64,000 bases of DNA from Patescibacteria group bacterium (GTDB taxonomy: Bacteria > Patescibacteriota > Patescibacteriia > PEXW01), in assembly GCA_041665345.1 (NCBI GenBank), contig JBAYJA010000003.1:103202-167201 (forward strand). Reading direction: 5' to 3'. A program made the translations under genes and the position numbers. The notes beneath the pieces were generated by a model, which was not told the DNA's origin, did no database searches, and was given only the letters and a program-made list of their open reading frames with translations. Positions 8,988 to 19,100 of this stretch are shown here, one piece after another; position 1 is the first letter of the stretch, and every line of letters begins with the position of its first letter.

Positions 8988-10301
8988 TTATTCGTGCCAC
9001 CCCTTCTCTTCCATGGTGTGCTTCAGGTCGCGTATCCGCTGCTCATCTTCATTGATGATTCGGTTAATGCTGTCAGCAAGTTTTTGAAAAGGCCCACCCG
9101 CTTTTACTGCAAGACGACGGTTTTCCCCAGTTTCTATGGACACTTCATGTACATTCTTTAGCTCGTCTTGCAACTCTGCAAACGGGTGGCTGATGGTTTT
9201 TCGGAAAATAAGGAAGAAAGCGAAGAGGAAGACTTGCGTGAGGAGGATATAGAAAACCGCAAATCCAACAGCGCGTGCTTGCAGTCCAGCAGCAGCAATA
9301 TCGGTTGTGGAGCCATCAAGGAAAAGCCGCAGCACGCCCAGCGTTCCTTGGCCCGAGTTGACGTGGAGGGGCATGGTTACAATCATGGCACTACCCAGAC
9401 TTTTTTCAGACTCTGGGAGGGAATTGCTGGTAGGCACATAGCGAACTGTACCAATACTCTTCAAACCTTGGGCTATATCCTCATCAATTGTCGTACGTGT
9501 ATTGACCCGATCAGCAACATCGGAACCAATGATCAAGCCGTCCGGGAGAATCACGTACACACGTTTTGTTGTCGCGGTCGTAAATTGTTCAACGAAGTTG
9601 GTAATTTCCTTTTGCCCTTCCTCGCTCTTTGGAATGAATGCCTTGGCAGTCAGGTGCATTTCTGATTGGCGGGCAATGAATTCTTGGAATACTTTGGTTT
9701 GGTTCTCAATGACAATGCTCTCCGTCCGGCCGTTCATTTGCCCAACGAACGTAGCGCCCACGACTAAGGTGGCAACGCTGCAAATGATGAAGAGTGCTTC
9801 CATCCCTGCGCCCGGGTACTGTGAGCGGGCGCGAGCGGCGCCAAAAGCCAGGCAGAGAATAGCCGCCACGCCAGTTGCACCTCGGGCAATGACCCCTCCC
9901 ACCCCCAGCGGCTGGAAAGCGGAGACAATTTGCAAGCAGAAAACCAGTGCGACAAACCCCAGGACATATGGCAGGGCGGCCGTGAGACGAGCCAAGTGCG
10001 GGTGTGCCCGAAGCTTCTTCAGCCACAGCCAGGCACTGGTGATGCAGACGAGGTTCAGGCCAAGGAGTCCAACACTCACCCACTGGACGGAGGGTTGGCT
10101 GGCAATGTTTCGCTCCACCAGCCAGATGGTGACAATGCTGGTTTGTGCGATTACCGTATTGAACACCAGGATTCGGAGCGGGCGTACAATTCTGCTCTCC
10201 GTGTACCGCCGTTGCATGAAGTACAGGAAGAAGAACGCGATGGTATTTGCAGCCAAGGCGATGCCGACGAAACCGTCTATGAGAATAGTTGGTGTGGTCA
10301 T
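8988..10301 (-). CDS. Multi-TM sensor-like membrane protein ending in a HAMP-like region, no output domain
   Basis: About 6 N-terminal TMs, extracytoplasmic domain, TM, then ISHPFAEL...LADSINRII and stop. Confidence 0.6.
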   Translation of the reverse strand: MTTPTILIDGFVGIALAANTIAFFFLYFMQRRYTESRIVRPLRILVFNTVIAQTSIVTIWLVERNIASQPSVQWVSVGLLGLNLVCITSAWLWLKKLRAHPHLARLTAALPYVLGFVALVFCLQIVSAFQPLGVGGVIARGATGVAAILCLAFGAARARSQYPGAGMEALFIICSVATLVVGATFVGQMNGRTESIVIENQTKVFQEFIARQSEMHLTAKAFIPKSEEGQKEITNFVEQFTTATTKRVYVILPDGLIIGSDVADRVNTRTTIDEDIAQGLKSIGTVRYVPTSNSLPESEKSLGSAMIVTMPLHVNSGQGTLGVLRLFLDGSTTDIAAAGLQARAVGFAVFYILLTQVFLFAFFLIFRKTISHPFAELQDELKNVHEVSIETGENRRLAVKAGGPFQKLADSINRIINEDEQRIRDLKHTMEEKGWHE

Positions 10302-10304
10302 ACC

Positions 10305-10754
10305 TTACGAGGTCGTTTGTGGACGGCCCTGGGCGTCAATGTGTAAAACTTCAATAAGTTGGGGATTGAGGACGTGTTCCGAGGGTTTTCCGGCGAGCAC
10401 GTCCCGGGTTTTTTGCACCAGTTGTTCGGGTGTTAAATCAGCTTTCACGACAATGTCTTTGGCGCCATACCAAAGCGCCTTTTGAATGGTCGCAGGATCG
10501 CTGAGGTTGGAGACGATGAGAACGGGAATGGCGCTCGTCCGTCGGTCGGACATGAGCGCGCGGGTCGCATCGAAACCATCAACTTTTGGCATGATGAGGT
10601 CCATGAGAATGATGTCTGGCTTCACCTTCTCTGCGACTGCCACAGCATCGGTGGCGTCAGACTTCACGGTAACCACAAATTTCGCTCGAGAGAATTTTTG
10701 TTGGTACATTGGCTGGAGCAGCTGATCGTCTTCAAAAATCAGGACGTGTGGCAT
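10305..10754 (-). CDS. Single-domain response regulator
   Basis: VLIFEDD, ILMDLIMPKVDG, IVSN, VVK. Confidence 0.9.
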   Translation of the reverse strand: MPHVLIFEDDQLLQPMYQQKFSRAKFVVTVKSDATDAVAVAEKVKPDIILMDLIMPKVDGFDATRALMSDRRTSAIPVLIVSNLSDPATIQKALWYGAKDIVVKADLTPEQLVQKTRDVLAGKPSEHVLNPQLIEVLHIDAQGRPQTTS

Positions 10755-10755
10755 A

Positions 10756-11163
10756 CTAGCGACGTTGCAGGATGGTACGCGCCTGGTTGATAATGTCTGC
10801 GACTGAGCTTTTATGCTTGACGATGAAGCACTCAACGCCAAGTTCTGCACATTTCTCTCGTTCAATATTGCTATCTAAGTGGGAGACAATCATCACCGGG
10901 ATGGAGAAGGTTGTCTTTCCTGCCCGTAGTTTCTCGAGGAGTTCTCGGCCACCAAGTTTTGGCATGATGAGGTCAAGGATCATGAGGTTTGGTTTCTGGC
11001 GCTGTGCCAATTGCAGCCCCTCTTCGCCGTTTGAGGCGACTTCCACGTTGTACCCAAGTGCTGTCAGTTCCTTCTTGAAGAGATTAGAAACCGGAGCGTC
11101 GTCGTCGACGACAATGATTCGTTGTGGTCGAGGTTGCTTGGTAGTTGGGGTAGAAAGCGCCAT
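10756..11163 (-). CDS. Single-domain response regulator
   Basis: IIVVDDD, MILDLIMPKLGG, FIVK. Confidence 0.9.
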   Translation of the reverse strand: MALSTPTTKQPRPQRIIVVDDDAPVSNLFKKELTALGYNVEVASNGEEGLQLAQRQKPNLMILDLIMPKLGGRELLEKLRAGKTTFSIPVMIVSHLDSNIEREKCAELGVECFIVKHKSSVADIINQARTILQRR

Positions 11164-11174
11164 ACGCGTTTCAG

Positions 11175-12434
11175 TTACTCGTAGCGAAGTGCATCGAGCG
11201 CGTTGATTTTTGCAGCGCGACGCGCAGGATAGAGTCCGGTGATCAAACCCACGAGAATGATGATGCCGGCGATAATGAGCAGGAAGATGAAGGGAATGGT
11301 GAACAGGTCTACGGCTTGCCCACCCAAGCGCGCAGCCAGTCGGTTGATGATGTAGTTCACTAGTTCGCCAAAGGCAGTACCAACGATGAGTCCGGAAATG
11401 CCACCCAAGACACCAATGAGCAAGGCTTCGGAAAGGAAGAGGATGTAAATGTGTCGGCTGGTGGTGCCCAAGGACTTCATAATGCCCACCTCGCGCGTGC
11501 GTTCCAGCAAGGACACCGTCAGGGTGTTGAAGGCGCCCAATGAGGCAATGAGCATGGCGATGAGGCCGAAGATGAACATGACAATCTGGAAGATGAAGAA
11601 AATGCGGTCAATTTGCCCAACCGTATCTGCCACGGAGTCTACTTGGTACCCCTGCGCTTCAATAGCCGTTCTGGCCGCAGCAAGATTTTCTCGGGTATCC
11701 AGTTTGACCCGGGCTAAGTTGAAATTGGTTATGCCTGCATCGGTAAAAATTTTCAGCGGCATGTAGGCTAAACTATTATCACTCGGCACAATACCAACAA
11801 TTTTTACCTCCACATCTTTCGTCTTAATAGAACTCGTGCTGGTGTTCGTGTTGCCATTAGTATTTGCCGTGGAAGCATTTGTGTTGACCAGGGATCGTTC
11901 TTGTTCCACCGGACCGGTGTCGGGAAGGACAATACGCATCGTCACCTTTTGCCCCAGGAGGTCTTGCGGCACTTTTGCACCTAAGAGTTCTGCGGCGGTT
12001 GCGCTCACAATCGCACTCTGCTCATCGTCTGATGTGTAGGTTGTGCCAAAGTTGGTGACGACACCTTCGATGGTTAGGTACTGTGCCTGCACGCCGTAGA
12101 GCGCAATGTCCGTCACTGATTCGCCGCGCACCACTTGTCCTGATTGAGAGATTGAGGAGCTGACGCTAATGACGTTTGGCAATGCACGGAATTTTTTCAG
12201 TGATTCCTCATTAATTTTTAAGATGGTTGAAGCACCGACGCTGACATCAAGTACGGTAATGGCCGCGACGTTCGTGACACGGCTCACAATGAGCGCTTGC
12301 AAGCCAAAGCCTAAGCTTACTAAAAAGACGATGGCGCCAATGCCAATGGCCATGCCGCCGATGGTCAGGAATGACCGGAGCTTCCGCATGCGGAGGCTGG
12401 AGGCAGCTAAGTAAATGATGTAGCCGAATTTCAT
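11175..12434 (-). CDS. MacB/FtsX-like ABC transporter permease
   Basis: RSFLTIGGMAIG, ERTREVGIMKSLG, PARRAAKINALDALRYE. Confidence 0.92.
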   Translation of the reverse strand: MKFGYIIYLAASSLRMRKLRSFLTIGGMAIGIGAIVFLVSLGFGLQALIVSRVTNVAAITVLDVSVGASTILKINEESLKKFRALPNVISVSSSISQSGQVVRGESVTDIALYGVQAQYLTIEGVVTNFGTTYTSDDEQSAIVSATAAELLGAKVPQDLLGQKVTMRIVLPDTGPVEQERSLVNTNASTANTNGNTNTSTSSIKTKDVEVKIVGIVPSDNSLAYMPLKIFTDAGITNFNLARVKLDTRENLAAARTAIEAQGYQVDSVADTVGQIDRIFFIFQIVMFIFGLIAMLIASLGAFNTLTVSLLERTREVGIMKSLGTTSRHIYILFLSEALLIGVLGGISGLIVGTAFGELVNYIINRLAARLGGQAVDLFTIPFIFLLIIAGIIILVGLITGLYPARRAAKINALDALRYE

Positions 12435-12439
12435 AGGGC

Positions 12440-13141
12440 TTAGCTCAGGAACGTACCGGTGCCAGAGAGGATTTTCCCATCGCGCACGTAAATGGTTTGG
12501 GAAGCGTAGTGCACGTACTCCATGTTGTGGGTGACCATGATAATGGTCAATTTCTTTTCTTCATTTAGTTGTTTAAAGGTTTGCATCACTTTTTCCGCAG
12601 ACTCCGTATCCAGGTTGCCGGTTGGTTCATCGGCGACGAGGATCGAAGGGTCATTCACCAATGCACGGGCGAGCTGGACTTTCTGCTGCTGACCACCAGA
12701 GAGTTCGGAGGGAATAAATTTTGCCCGCTGATCCATGTCAAACTTTTTGAGCAGCGCCATGGCGCGTGCTTCCCGTTCACTCCGTTTCACGCCCATGATT
12801 GCTAAGGGGAAGGCGACGTTGTCCAGCACCGTGAGCGAGCGAATCCAGTCTGACTTCTGGTACACAATCCCAATGCGGTGCAAGCGAAAGCGCGCCAGGT
12901 CGTCTGGTTTTTTCAGATCCAAGCGTTCACCCGCGATGGTCACCTGTCCACTCGTGGGATGCTCCAAGCCCAGGAGGGTATGCAACAGGGTAGACTTCCC
13001 ACTGCCAGACGGGCCCAGGAGAATCACAAATTGCTCCGGCATAATTTCCAGCGACACATCTTTGAGAATACGCACGGGCTCTTTGCCCAAGCGGAATTCT
13101 TTAATGACATTTTTGACCGTGATGAGCGGCTTTGTGGCCAT
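12440..13141 (-). CDS. ABC transporter ATP-binding protein (LolD/MacB type)
   Basis: GPSGSGKS, LSGGQQQ, ADEPTGNLD. Confidence 0.95.
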   Translation of the reverse strand: MATKPLITVKNVIKEFRLGKEPVRILKDVSLEIMPEQFVILLGPSGSGKSTLLHTLLGLEHPTSGQVTIAGERLDLKKPDDLARFRLHRIGIVYQKSDWIRSLTVLDNVAFPLAIMGVKRSEREARAMALLKKFDMDQRAKFIPSELSGGQQQKVQLARALVNDPSILVADEPTGNLDTESAEKVMQTFKQLNEEKKLTIIMVTHNMEYVHYASQTIYVRDGKILSGTGTFLS

Positions 13142-13164
13142 AGTACTAGTGTAGCAGGCGTTCC

Positions 13165-16100
13165 CTATCCACCGAAGAGGTTCCCAACGCCTCCAAGCCA
13201 GGAGAAGGTGTCTTCCAAGTTGCCAATGACGATTTGCAGGAAGGATTGGCGAGCACGACTGGTGAGAATGCTGTAGCCTTGGGATTTGGATTCATTTCCT
13301 GCTTTATCTTTTGAAACCACCCGGAAGTGGTAGGTCTTGGCTGGCGTGAGGCCACCAATGACCACTAGGTGGTCGCGGACGCGCTCGGCATTTTCATCGG
13401 TCTCTGCGCTGTAGCTGGAACCAGAGAGGCCTTCACCGTACTGCACCTGTGAGCTGGTGGGCTCATTGGTCTTCCAAGAGACGATAATTTGGATTTTTGC
13501 CGCGTCACCAGAGCCCACGGTATTGGACTCAGATTTCACTTCGCTGATAACAGGCGGCGTGGTGTCTTCCAAGGTGCGGAACTTGTTTTCGCCAGAGACG
13601 GCTTCGTAGCCAAACTGGTCGCGACCACGGACTTTGAACTTGTACTCCGTGGCGTCTTCCAGACCGAAGACCAGAATGCTATGCTCCCGAACCAGCGAGC
13701 TGTTGCCCTGGGTTTTTGGAGCAGCATTCTCATTGTAGTACTCCACTTCTGAGGTCGTCTGCACGTTTGTGGTCCACTTCACTTCTGTCTGCCCCTCTGC
13801 TTTGTTCTCCGCCGAGACCGTCAAAATCTTTGGGAAGGTGAGGGTCGTGAAGTTGTAGTCGTCCGATGCGATTGGGTTATCGGCTCGGTCCACACCTTCC
13901 AGGCGGAAGTGGTAGGTGGTGGAGTCTTTTAAGTTTTCCAATTTTACAGTATGCGTACTGCTGAAGCCGCTAGCGGCGGTGTAGGTGAAGCCGTAGTCTG
14001 TCGTTGGGCCGTACTGGATAATTGCCGTTGCTTCTTTGGTTGATGTCCAGGAAATGATGGCATCGTTTAACCGGATGTCGGTAATTTTCACATTCTCCAC
14101 GCGGGGCGCTTCCAGGGTGGTGAATTGGCCAATGCTGGAGTAGGCAATGTTCTCATCAATGTCAATGCTCTTCACCCGGAAGAAGTATGTGGTTTTTGGT
14201 TGCAAGCCCGTTACCCGGACTTCATGCGCGTCAATCTGGGTTGCCGTGCCCTGCTCTTTGGAGAGCGCGTCAACCGTCGTTCCAAACTCAACGAAGGACG
14301 AGGCAGTACGTTCGGTGCGCCAGGTCACGACCGCAGCAAAAGAGTCTGGAGCGACTATTGGCCCCTCCACAATTGGTGGCGGGCTAGTGAACCGACCTTC
14401 GGGCTGCTCGGCTACGATGCTGGAATTTCCAGAGAGTGCGCCGCCAGTGCCAACCGCGCGGAGGAAGTACGCGTACACTTTGGTGCTGTCCAAACCAAGG
14501 TCCAGGTAGCCCAGCGTTTTGTTGGTTGCAATGCGGCTGTAATTCGTGGGTGGTTCATCGGTTGTGGATGGGCCATCACAATTCGTTGCAGTTGCTGACT
14601 CTTTGGTACAGCGGTAGATGGCGTACTGCTCCACGCCTGAGCCCTTGTCTGTGGGTTCGTCCCAGGTGAGGGTTACGGAGTACCGTTTGGTGGAGCGATC
14701 AGAAGAGTCAATGGCTTGCACGCTGCCCGGCGCACCGGGTGCCGTGGAGGTAAAAGTGAAGTCCACTGATGCGACGGCTGTGTAGTCAATATTTCCAATT
14801 GCATCGGCGGCAATCAGGTAGAACGTGTTCGTTCCTTGCTTGGTCGCAGCCGAGAAGGCGGCCAGGCTTCGGTCCGCGGTTTGCGTGGTGGTGGTCCAGC
14901 CACCATCTGGGCTGGGGGTGGCGCTGCCGGCGGTGTTGTAGCCACACGTATCTGCTGATGGCAGTTCATTCAAGGTGTAGCAGTACCGGAGTATGTCCGC
15001 CGCATCGCACGGCGTCTGCCCCAGACAGCTACTGGGCAAGCCCCAGGAGAAGGAGAAGGTATTATTATCCGTTTGGCTCGTGGGAGTCACCACCAAGCCC
15101 TGCGGTGCTGCCGGCGTGTTCCCAGAGAAGTAGTAGTTCACTGGTGCGTAGGCAGAGGAGTAGTTTCCTGCTAGGTCACGGCTCCGCACTTTGAAGACGT
15201 TGGCTCGCGCTTGGTAGGCTTGGATGTTTGCAATGGAGAGGGTGGCTGCGCTAACGCAGGTTTCGGTCGCACCAGGACCTTCGGTGGTGTAGCAGTACTG
15301 GTTGATGCCCGAGCCGCCGGTATCGCTCCCCGCAGTCCAGGTAAAGCCAAAACTATTCAGTGACGAGTACCCAGCCGGGGTAGCCACAATGCTCCCTGGC
15401 GCGCTGGGGTTTGCCACGTCTACTTGGAAGGTGAAGCCCGTCACTGCCGCGTCGGTCACGTTGGCATTGCGATCCCGGGACATGATTTTCAAGTAGTACG
15501 TGCCGGAGGTGAGCGCGGTGGAACTTTGCGACGCCGCATTCCAGCTACCGGTCACGCCGTCACCTGCAACTGCGTAGTAGTGTGAGCCACTGACGTGCGC
15601 CAGGTTACTGGCGTTGCACGCCGCACCAGACGGATCCGTGCAGCTGTTGTCTGTCCCAAAGTAGACGTAGAAGCCTTCCAAACCAATGCCACCAGCATTG
15701 TCACTCCCCGTCCACTCGAAGTAGGGTGTAGCATCATTGGTCCAGTCACCTGGGTTGATGCTGACGGTCTTCCCATTATCGGTGTACGCTCCGGCACTCA
15801 CTGGGTTCGTGGGGTCAGTGCCGTCGGTGTAGGATGACCAGGTGACGTCGTAGATAGTTGGCGTTGCTACTTGATCTGAACGGAACGTGATGCGCGCTTG
15901 GCCGTACCGTGCCAGCGTGGACGCCACCGTGGACGTTTTTACAGTTCCCACTGGATGGGTGTTTGTCACCGCAGTCCACGAGCCCCAGTGACTATCCGTG
16001 GCGCTGGCTGCGCAACCCGCGTCGCTGCACGTTCGGGTTTCCACGGTCATGGTTGTGTTCGTCGCTTCAGCCGCATTCACCGCAATGCCACCGAAGCCGT

Positions 16101-19100
16101 ACAGCCCTGCCCCAAAGTCCAGAATTTCTGAGGTCCACTGGCCAAAGTCTTCGTAGCCCGTGCTCGCAGTAGCTACAATGTAGCGGTCAATGGCTGACGT
16201 GCTGGTGCCGCGGTTTCCCAGAATCACGTTGTTCGTGGTCATGACTAATTGGCCATTGGTGTACGTCTGTGGCACTGCTCGAGTGGTCCATACCCCGTTC
16301 GAATCGCCGTCTGGGTCTAAGACGTACATGTTCGTGTTCGTGGTACCTTGTGGTACGAGGATGTTTCCCTGTCCATCTGCCACGCATGCATCAGCACCCA
16401 CAAGGACAGCTGGGGCGCTCTCCACTGTTGCAGCGGCATCCCACGTTTCCGTACCAATATTGAAGCGGTATATATTTGCCTGACTATTGGCACGTGTAAG
16501 GTAGATGTAGTCCGTTCCACTCACGTTGATGCGTACGGCACATGAACCGCTCCCGTTGAGGACGGGAATGGTGGAGGCCACCGTCGACCACGTGTTTGTG
16601 GAGATGACGTATTTGTAGTACGCCGTCGTGCCACCCTGAGCCGTGTAGATGGTGTTTGTGCCGTCCCACACCAAGTCTGCGCCCGCAGTTGGTTCACCCG
16701 GTGTGTTTGCTAAACGGGTCCACACATCGGTCGTTGGGTTGTATCGGTAGAAGAAACCAACGTTGTCACCTTGCGCTTCGTTTCCTGTCAGTACGTACAC
16801 ACCATCGTAGGAATCTGTACCGTGGTTGACGTACTCCGCATCGGCACCCGTGGAGAGTGTGTGCGGAACGTCTGCTTTGCGGAGCCAGGCATTCGTGGTT
16901 GGATTCAGCTGCCACCAGTCACTAAAGGTAACGCCCCGACCAGCGTAGACGTATCCAGTCTGCGTATCATAGGCCATTGTGCCTGTGCTAAAGCCAGCGG
17001 TGGAGAAGCCATGTGGGATAGCTGTGCCTTTCCAAAGGTTCCGCGTAATGTCAAAGGCTAGAACCGTAGCTTCAACGTTGTACCCACGGAGCGAGTACAA
17101 GGTGTTTGTGGCGGTATCGTAGGCCAAACCTTGTTCGCTCCCTTGACCTTTGATCGTTGGCAACGTTGGCATGCTTGTCCAGGTGCTGGTGCTCAGGTCA
17201 AAGCGGTAGAAACCATTACTTGCCGTACCTCGGATAAGGTAGAGGTAGGAGCCCACTCGACGAATAGCCGCGCCGTCACCTGTCCATACTGGGATGTTCG
17301 TGGTGTACGACCAGGTGACAGCTCCACTGGAGGCGATAGTACCTTTCCAGAAGTGGGACGTGTTGTTTCCACGGGTGGCGTACACGCAGCCACCGGCTGC
17401 AGTGCAGGCGCCGATGTTCGTTGGAACGTAGGATAACGCGCCGCCCAGGCCAACTGTTTGGTCCACGTCAGAGCGTTGCGTCCACACTCCTGTTCCCAAG
17501 TTGTAACTGTAGAATCGGGTGCTGGGCGCCGTGCTGCCACCCAGGAAGTAAATCGTATCCGACCCATTGTACGCCAGCGATGCGCCATTCGCGGCAGTGA
17601 GTGGAAGTACAGTAAGTGACCCAGCGCCAGGTGAGGCGGCGGTCCAGGTATTGGCGGTAATGTCGTACCGTCGCCACTCCGTCGTCGTCGCGCCACGGGT
17701 GGCAAACACGCAGCCACTTGCGTCAGCGCAACCGGTTGCTCCGCTGGAGACGAACACCGCGCTCGCACCCGTGTTCACGGCGGCACCATAGTTTGTTTTT
17801 GCGGTGATGACCTTGGTGTTGATGTTGTAGTGGTAGAAGGTTTGCTGCCCAGCTCCACGGAGAATGTACAGGCTGCCATTTCCATCACCCACAATTGCCG
17901 CACCGTTGCTGACTGCAGCTGGGAGCGGTGCCTCACTGGACCAGGCGCCGTTACTCACTGCTGAGAGCTGCAAGGCTGTGCCGCTGCTTGCATTGGTGTT
18001 CACATCCGTTGCCGTGGTGCCGGTGTAGGCGAAGTCAGCTTGGCTGCTCCACTGCCGGGTTGCGGCTGGGCTAATACCCGTGTAGGTGTAGAGGAAGAGG
18101 TTCGCAGCACTACTCACATTTCCAGCCACATCCTTGGTAGCAACGCGCAAACAGTACTGTGTCCCATTGACCACGCTACTGTTCACCGTATAGGTTGTGC
18201 CGGTTTGAAAGTAGTCTTCGCTGGTAGAAGGATTGAATGTGCTGCAGCTTGCGCCGCTAGTCCAGGCGACGTAGTAACCAGAAATTGGTGACTCAGTCTG
18301 TGCGGGTGGAGTGAATTCAAAGTATGGGTTGGTGGCAAACGTCGTGGCAGGCGTAGCTAAGGTTGTGGTCTTTGCGCTGGAGGTCCAAGCGCTCACTGTT
18401 GGGTTTGCAGGCGCCGTGCTGTCTTTCTCGTAGGTGATAGTGAAGTCATCCAGCACGGGTGCGTCATCCCCAGCGGCAGAGTTCAGCTGCGCTTTCACCT
18501 GGATGTAGCGATTAGCAGCCGAGGCAATGGTCGTGCCGCTCACGCTCGCCCAGGCGCTCCAGCTGGCGCCGTCGTCGGACGACCGGGTTGAGAAATCTAT
18601 AGTATTACCATTCAACGTGGCGTTGCTGGTCAGTGACGTGAAGGAGCTGACGTAGTGCAGATCCATGGGCGCGGAGACCCAGGTGGCGGCGGGGATGTAC
18701 GCATCCGTTTCAAAATTGAATTTGTGAATGCCGTTGAAGTTTTCACCGCGCATGAGGTACATGGTTCCCGCCGCGTTCCCATGCGTTACCCCATGGGAGC
18801 GACCCAGCCGAACCGGCGCATCCGCAGCACGTGACCAGGAGTTACCGCTCATGTCGTAGCGCCAGACTTCTTTACTCATCTTCCCAGGGAAGACGTAGAG
18901 GTTATCTGTTCGGTCGTACACCATGGTATTGGTGTACTGTGCCCCGGCAACGTTTGTGCCTGGCGCTGTCGGCATGTTGGTTAACTCGTCCCACGTGTCG
19001 CCGGCAATGTTGAATTTCAACAAGACGCCGCGGCCATTGCCAATGAGCGCGTACACATCTGTGGCGTCGGCCACGTCGGTCCGATTGCTTGCCAACGCAG